Source: an uncultured Chloroflexia bacterium (GTDB lineage Bacteria > Chloroflexota > Limnocylindria > Limnocylindrales > CSP1-4). Taken from it: DNA of 64,000 bases. The position numbers and the translations under genes were made by a program. Positions 58,392 to 64,000 of this stretch are shown in pieces; the first letter of the stretch is position 1, and every line of letters begins with the position of its first letter. The DNA lies in assembly GCA_963734535.1 (NCBI GenBank), contig CAVTHS010000007.1, positions 209,936-273,935 of the forward strand, given 5' to 3'. The notes below the pieces were generated by a model that worked only from the letters and a program-made list of their open reading frames with translations, did no database searches and had not been told where the DNA came from.

Positions 58392-58524
58392 ACTCAATCT
58401 AGGCAGTGGTCGGGCCATTTGCTACCGTGCGGCAACCTTCGGGGTCGCCGGGCAATCGCACCGGGGCACGAGGCGTCACATCGACGCTGGCGCGTCTCGA
58501 CCGCCGGCAAGAAGGGGGGATTCG

Positions 58525-60021
58525 ATGGCAGAACTTCCGCGTCCCGGGCAGGAGGATGGGGCTTCCACCGAGGCGTCGCCCGGAGCATCGGGATCGAGCG
58601 CGGAGTCCGCCGCCAGCCGCCTGGAGGGTCATCCCTGGGGCCACTCCCTCAGCCGCCGAACGCTCCTGAAGGGCCTGGGGCTCGGTGCCGTCGGCGTCAG
58701 CGTCGCTGCGCTCGTCGAGGCGTGCAGCCCGGCTGCGAGCACCTCAACCGCCCCGGCATCCGCAGCCGCCAGTGCCGCCACGGCATCCGCGGCCGCGAGC
58801 ACAGCCGCGAGCGCTGTCGCGTCGGTGGCCGCGAGCGCCGGCACCATCACGATCGGGTTCATCACTCCGCAGACTGGGAACCTGGCCGGCTTTGCATCCG
58901 GCGACGGTTTCGTCGTCGACCGCGTGCGGGCAGCCGACGCGTATGCCAAGGGCTTCACCGTCGGCGGCAAGACGTACGACGTACAGATCGTCACCGCGGA
59001 CACCCAGTCCGACCCGAACCGTGCCTCCCAGGTCGCGCAGGACCTGATCCTCCAGAAGAGCGTCGACATGATCGTCACCACATCGACGCCCGAGACGACA
59101 AATCCGGTCGCGCAGATCTGCGAGGCCCAGGGGATCCCGTGCCTCTCGACGGTCGTGCCGTGGCAGGCCTGGTTCTTCGGTCGCCAGGCGGACGCGGCAA
59201 ACCCGAAGCCATTCAAGTACACGACGATGTTCTTCTTCGGGGCCGAGACGTTCGGCGGCTGCTTCGTCCCGATGTGGAACCGCGTCACAACGGACAAGGT
59301 CGTCGCCGGGATGTTCCCGAACGACGCCGACGGAAACGCGTTCCGAGGCGTGTGGCCGGGCGTGATCAAGCAGGCCGGCTACTCCTGGGTCGATGGCGGC
59401 GCCTTCCCGGACGGGACCACCGACTACACGGCGATGATCTCCAAGTTCAAGCAGGCGAAGGCCGACATCTTCATCAACGCGCCGCTGCCGCCGGACTTCA
59501 ACACGTTCTGGAAGCAGGCAGCCCAGCAGGGCTACAAGCCCAAGCTCGCCACGGTCGCCAAGGTCCTCCTGTTCCCGGCCGACACCGATGCGCTCGGCGA
59601 TCTCGTCAACAACATCGCGACCGACTGCTGGTGGGGCCCGTTCATGCCCTACAAGTCGTCGCTCACGGGCGAGACGAGCAAGCAGCTCGCGGACGCCTAC
59701 CAGGCAGCCAGCGGGAAGCAGTGGCTCCAGAGCCTCGGCTCCACCTATTCGCTGTTCGAGGTCGCCCAGGCGGCGTTCTCCGCGGTCGACGATCCGCACG
59801 CTCACGATGCGGTCGCGGCGGCGCTCGGCAAGGTCAGCTACACGGGAATCTGCGGTCCGCTCGACTTCACGAAGGGACCCTTCCCGGGCATCGGGATGAT
59901 GCGGCCCGTCGGCGTCCAGTGGCGCAAGGGCACGACCTACCCGTGGGAGATGGTCGTCGTCGACAACAGCCTCAACCCCGACGTTCCCGTCGGGGGTGAC
60001 CTTCAGCCCACGAACGCCTGA
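58525..60021 (+). CDS. HAAT (Liv-type) ABC substrate-binding protein, Tat-exported lipoprotein
   Basis: SRRTLLK twin-arginine motif, VEAC, IGFITPQTG, DTQSDPNRA. Confidence 0.9.
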   Translation: MAELPRPGQEDGASTEASPGASGSSAESAASRLEGHPWGHSLSRRTLLKGLGLGAVGVSVAALVEACSPAASTSTAPASAAASAATASAAASTAASAVASVAASAGTITIGFITPQTGNLAGFASGDGFVVDRVRAADAYAKGFTVGGKTYDVQIVTADTQSDPNRASQVAQDLILQKSVDMIVTTSTPETTNPVAQICEAQGIPCLSTVVPWQAWFFGRQADAANPKPFKYTTMFFFGAETFGGCFVPMWNRVTTDKVVAGMFPNDADGNAFRGVWPGVIKQAGYSWVDGGAFPDGTTDYTAMISKFKQAKADIFINAPLPPDFNTFWKQAAQQGYKPKLATVAKVLLFPADTDALGDLVNNIATDCWWGPFMPYKSSLTGETSKQLADAYQAASGKQWLQSLGSTYSLFEVAQAAFSAVDDPHAHDAVAAALGKVSYTGICGPLDFTKGPFPGIGMMRPVGVQWRKGTTYPWEMVVVDNSLNPDVPVGGDLQPTNA

Positions 60022-60023
60022 TC

Positions 60024-60797
60024 TTGACCGCACCACTTCTGGAGCTGCACGGCGTCTCGAAGCGCTTCGGGCGAGTGGTCGTCGCCGACGATCTCTCGCT
60101 CGACGTTCAGCCCGGCGATGCCCTCGGGGTCGTCGGGCCGAACGGCGCCGGCAAGACCAGCCTCTTCGGCATCGTGTCCGGCGACCTGGCGCCGGACACG
60201 GGCCAGGTCCGGCTGGGCGGCAGTCCCATCACTCACCTGGATGCCGCGGCCCGGTGCCGGCTCGGGATCGGCCGCACCTACCAGGTCCCGCGGCCGTTCG
60301 AAGGGATGACGGTCTTCGAGAACGCGTTGATCGCGGCCCAGCAGGGCGGCGCCACACGCGGCCGGGTCAGCCACCAGCTGGCCGCCGAGGTCCTGGCCGC
60401 CACGGGGATCCTCGCGGACGCGAACCGGCCCGCCGGCCAGCTCGGTCTCCTCCAGCGAAAGCGTCTCGAGCTGGCCCGCGCCCTCGCCACGCGGCCGCGG
60501 TTGCTTCTCCTCGACGAGGTCGCCGGTGGGCTCACCGATCCCGAGGTCGCCCAGCTCGTCACGATCGTCCAGCGGGCCCGCGAAGATGGGGCCGCGATCA
60601 TCTGGATCGAGCACGTCGTCCGTGCCCTCGTCGCCATCGTCGAGCGTCTCGTCTGCCTTGCCGGCGGGCGCATCATCGGCGATGGCGTGCCCGCCGCGGT
60701 GCTCGCGAGCCCGGCCGTCCGCGAGGTCTTCCTGGGGACCGAGGCCACGGCGGAGTCGTTCGCTGCCGCCGGGCCGGTCGTCGGGTCGAGGCCATGA
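60024..60797 (+). CDS. ABC ATP-binding protein (LivG-like)
   Basis: GPNGAGKT, LLLLDEVAGG, IEH. Confidence 0.92.
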   Translation: MTAPLLELHGVSKRFGRVVVADDLSLDVQPGDALGVVGPNGAGKTSLFGIVSGDLAPDTGQVRLGGSPITHLDAAARCRLGIGRTYQVPRPFEGMTVFENALIAAQQGGATRGRVSHQLAAEVLAATGILADANRPAGQLGLLQRKRLELARALATRPRLLLLDEVAGGLTDPEVAQLVTIVQRAREDGAAIIWIEHVVRALVAIVERLVCLAGGRIIGDGVPAAVLASPAVREVFLGTEATAESFAAAGPVVGSRP

Positions 60798-61561
60798 TCG
60801 CCGGCGATCCCGCCGCGGTGGATTCCCGGCAGGCCGCATCCAGATCGCCCGTCCTGAGCGTGCGCGACCTGACCGTCCACCACGGCCAGCTGCGGGCCGT
60901 CACGGACCTCAGCCTCGACGTCTACCAAGGGGAGATCTTCGCCATCATCGGCGCGAACGGAGCAGGCAAGTCCACCCTCCTCCGGACGATCGCCGGCCTC
61001 CACCGCCCGACGACCGGCACGATCTTGCTGGACGGGGCCGACCTCACCCACGCCGAGCCGGAGGACCGCCTTGTGGCGGGCATCGCCCTCGTCCCCGAGG
61101 GACGCCGTCTGTTCCCCTCGCTCAGCGTCGAGGAGAACCTGATGGTGGGCGCCCATCGGCGCCGGTCCGGTCCGTGGTCCATCGCGCGCGTCTACGAGCT
61201 CTTCCCGTGGATGCCCGAGCGTCGGCGCCAGCGGGCGGCCCAGCTTTCCGGCGGCGAGCAGCAGGCGGTCGCGATCGGCCGAGCTCTCGTGGCGAACCCG
61301 CGGGTGCTCCTGCTTGACGAGCTCTCCCTTGGCCTCGCTCCCCGGATCGTCGCCCAGATCTATGCCCTGGTGCCCGAGCTCCTGGCCACGGGCATGACGA
61401 TCCTGATCGTCGAGCAGGACGTGAGCCAGGCGCTCCGGGTGGCCGCCCGGTTCGGCTGCATCCTGGAGGGCCGGACCACGCTGTCCGGGCGGCCGGGCGA
61501 GTTTCGGCCCGAGGAGATCGAGGCGGCCTACTTCGGCCTCGGCACGGTGGCCGTCGGATGA
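60794..61561 (+). CDS. ABC ATP-binding protein (LivF-like)
   Basis: GANGAGKST, VPEGRRLF, LSGGEQQ, LDELSLGLAP. Confidence 0.92.
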   Translation: MIAGDPAAVDSRQAASRSPVLSVRDLTVHHGQLRAVTDLSLDVYQGEIFAIIGANGAGKSTLLRTIAGLHRPTTGTILLDGADLTHAEPEDRLVAGIALVPEGRRLFPSLSVEENLMVGAHRRRSGPWSIARVYELFPWMPERRRQRAAQLSGGEQQAVAIGRALVANPRVLLLDELSLGLAPRIVAQIYALVPELLATGMTILIVEQDVSQALRVAARFGCILEGRTTLSGRPGEFRPEEIEAAYFGLGTVAVG

Positions 61562-62427
61562 TCTGGGTCGGCGCGCTGGTCCAGGGGGTGCTCCTCGGCG
61601 GCCTCTACGCGCTGTCCGCCTGTGGCCTGTCGCTGCTCTACGGGGTCATGGGCGCGATCAACCTTGCCCACGGCGACCTGGCGATCGTGGCGGCCTACCT
61701 CGCGATCATCGTCATCCCGATCCTCCACCTGCCAGGCATCCTCGCCTTCGTCATCGTCGTCCCCGTCTTTGCGGTCCTCGGCTACTTCGGCCAGCGGACC
61801 CTGATCCAGGCGACCCTCGACCGCGGGCAGCTCACGACGCTGCTGGTGAGCTTCGGGGCCTCCATCATCATCCAGAACGCGCTGCTCGAGCTGTCCTCAG
61901 CGGACAGTCACTCGATCGACGTCGGCTCGCTGGTCACGGCCTCCATCACCGTCAACTCGGACATCTCGATTGCCGTCCTGTCGCTGGCGATCTTCGTGGT
62001 CGCGGTGGTCACCCTCCTCGGAATCGAGCTCGTGCTGTCGCGGACCACGATCGGTCGGCTCGTCCGGGCGGTTGCCGACGACCGCGAGGCCGCCCAGCTC
62101 TCGGGAACCCGCTACCGGCACGTGTTCGGGATCGCCGCGGCGCTCGCGATCGGCACCGTCGCGCTTGCCGGCCTGGCCTTCGGGATGTACTCATCGTTCA
62201 GCCCGACGAGCGGCTCGACCCGCCTGCTGTTCGCCTTCGAGGCAGTGGTGATCGGGGGTCTCGGCTCGCTCTGGGGCACGCTGGCCGGGGGGATCGTGCT
62301 TGGCGTCACGCAATCGATCGGATCGACCATCGATCCAAGCTACGGCGTGCTCGCGGGCCACCTCGTCTTCCTGGTCGTGCTGGCGGTCCGGCCCAGCGGG
62401 ATCGCCGGCGCGAGGCAGGCGGCATGA
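61558..62427 (+). CDS. ABC permease (LivH-like)
   Basis: GGLYAL...GLSLLYGVMGAINLAHG; VVIGGLGSLWG. Confidence 0.92.
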   Translation: MIWVGALVQGVLLGGLYALSACGLSLLYGVMGAINLAHGDLAIVAAYLAIIVIPILHLPGILAFVIVVPVFAVLGYFGQRTLIQATLDRGQLTTLLVSFGASIIIQNALLELSSADSHSIDVGSLVTASITVNSDISIAVLSLAIFVVAVVTLLGIELVLSRTTIGRLVRAVADDREAAQLSGTRYRHVFGIAAALAIGTVALAGLAFGMYSSFSPTSGSTRLLFAFEAVVIGGLGSLWGTLAGGIVLGVTQSIGSTIDPSYGVLAGHLVFLVVLAVRPSGIAGARQAA

Positions 62428-63494
62428 CGACGTCGACGGCCGCGCTCGACCGGCCGGCCATGGCCGCCTGGGTTCGCGTCACGCGCTCTCGTCGCCCGCG
62501 GCCCTTCCTCGGGCTCGTGGCGCTGGCCGTCGTGTCGGTCATGGCGGCCATGCCGGCCCTGGTTGGGGCAGGCATCACGGCGAAGCTCGTCGACGGCTTC
62601 ATCCTGCTCACGCTGGCCAGCATGTGGAATCTCCTTGCGGGATACGCGGGCCTCGTCTCCGTCGGCCAGCAGATGTTCATCGGGCTCGGCTCGTACGTCG
62701 TCCTCATCCTCGCCCAGTGGGGCCTCCAGCCGTATCTCGCGCTCCCGCTGGCTGCCATCGTCTGCGCAGCGCTCGCGCTGCCGGTCTCGTGGCTCCTTTT
62801 CCGGCTGCGGGGCGGCTACTTCGCGATCGCGACCTGGGTCGTGGCCGACACCGCACTGCTGGTCGTCAGCCACTTCCCGTCCCTGGGTGGCGGGACGGGG
62901 GCGATCCTTCCGGGCATCGCCGGGATCGCGCCGCTGACCCGGCTCGCGTGGACGTACTGGTCCGCGCTCGCCGTGGCCGTCGCTGCGCTTTCGGTGACCT
63001 ACCTGCTCCTCCGTGGACGGCTTGGCCTGGTCCTGACCGCGGTCCGGGACGACGAGATCGGGGCGCGAAGCGTCGGTGCCAACGTGGGCTGGGCGAAGCA
63101 AATCGTCTTCCTGGTCGCGGCGGCCGGCTGCGGCGCGGCCGGCGGCCTGCTGATCCTGAGCCAGCTCAACGTCCAGGCACCGTCGGTCTTCAGCGTCGAG
63201 TGGTCGGCCAAGATGATCTTCGTGACGATCATCGGCGGGATCGGCACGATCGAGGGGCCGATCGTTGGGACGATCGTCTTCGTCCTCCTCCAGGAGCTGC
63301 TGGCCGGGTTCGGGGCCTGGTACTTCATCGCCCTCGGGACCGTCGCCGTGGTCATCGCGCTCTGGTCGCCGCGCGGCCTCTGGGGGTTCGTGGCGAACCG
63401 GGTCCACCTGCGACCGTTCCCGATCGGCTATTGGCTGTGGGTCGACGACGACGCTGGGACCGGTGCAGGACGGCCCGAGAAAGGAGTCGAGTAG
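62424..63494 (+). CDS. ABC permease (LivM-like)
   Basis: WNLLAGYAGLVSVG, RLRGGYFAIAT, IIGGIGTIEGP. Confidence 0.92.
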   Translation: MTTSTAALDRPAMAAWVRVTRSRRPRPFLGLVALAVVSVMAAMPALVGAGITAKLVDGFILLTLASMWNLLAGYAGLVSVGQQMFIGLGSYVVLILAQWGLQPYLALPLAAIVCAALALPVSWLLFRLRGGYFAIATWVVADTALLVVSHFPSLGGGTGAILPGIAGIAPLTRLAWTYWSALAVAVAALSVTYLLLRGRLGLVLTAVRDDEIGARSVGANVGWAKQIVFLVAAAGCGAAGGLLILSQLNVQAPSVFSVEWSAKMIFVTIIGGIGTIEGPIVGTIVFVLLQELLAGFGAWYFIALGTVAVVIALWSPRGLWGFVANRVHLRPFPIGYWLWVDDDAGTGAGRPEKGVE

Positions 63495-63497
63495 GCC

Positions 63498-64000
63498 GTG
63501 GCAGACCGACCGCTCGGGGAGTATCGACGCGACTCCCACGTAGACCCACCCAACAACTTCCCCGCGTATCACGGATCGCAGGACCGGGCCCCTCGTCTTC
63601 CGCCCATCTTGCTGCCCCAGTCGCTTACCGAGCTGACCGGTCCCCTCCTGGGACCCGGGCGGGTGGAACCTGGCGACGCCGACCTGACGGCAGGCGGCCG
63701 AGGCGCGCCGATCGGCGAACGCGTGATCGTGCACGGACGTGTCGTCGACTCGGACGGCCGGGCAGTCCGAGACAGCCTGATCGAGATCTGGCAGGCGAAC
63801 GCGGCCGGTCGGTATGCCCATCAGGTCGACGACCACGACGCGCCGCTGGATCCCAACTTCCGCGGCATCGGACGTGTCATCACCGGCGCCGACGGGCGCT
63901 ACCGGTTCCTCACGATCAAACCAGGCGCCTACCCGTGGCGGAACCACCGAAACGCGTGGCGCCCGGCGCTGTTCCACTTCTCGCTCTTTGGTGAGGCCTT
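63498..64000 (+). CDS. pcaH: Protocatechuate 3,4-dioxygenase beta subunit-like, 3' end outside window
   Basis: Manual translation: SLTELTGP, PIGERVIVHGRVVD, IEIWQANAAGRYAH, PLDPNFRGIGR, TIKPGAYPWRNHRNAWRPALFHFSLFG. Confidence 0.88.
   Translation, partial: MADRPLGEYRRDSHVDPPNNFPAYHGSQDRAPRLPPILLPQSLTELTGPLLGPGRVEPGDADLTAGGRGAPIGERVIVHGRVVDSDGRAVRDSLIEIWQANAAGRYAHQVDDHDAPLDPNFRGIGRVITGADGRYRFLTIKPGAYPWRNHRNAWRPALFHFSLFGEA

Overview
High-GC, gene-dense 64 kb bacterial window with about 60 CDS and one tRNA-Gly(CCC). No integrase, transposase, CRISPR array or rRNA was seen. Gene style suggests Chloroflexota (Limnocylindria-like) or Actinomycetota; this is inference only. All product calls come from motifs recognised by eye, not from database searches. 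Main content: mgtA-type ATPase; zwf plus GH15; an SH3/CAP/SpoIID wall enzyme; a furan-fatty-acid-like cluster (desaturase, DUF1365, cfa-type methylase); preA; uvrD2; a Psp/Lia-like two-component module; heliorhodopsin; two divergent AlaDH-like paralogs; and an IclR/ABC/pcaH aromatic catabolic locus. Best candidate for an undescribed system (37.7-46.1 kb, minus strand): a complete nickel-pincer cofactor pathway (larE-larB-larC) with no larA in the window. It is led instead by a DUF362 Fe-S protein with LarA-like His spacing, a lipoyl-like domain lacking its attachment lysine and an SDR, behind a structured leader and an IclR regulator. Three genes carry single +1 frameshifts, possibly assembly errors.
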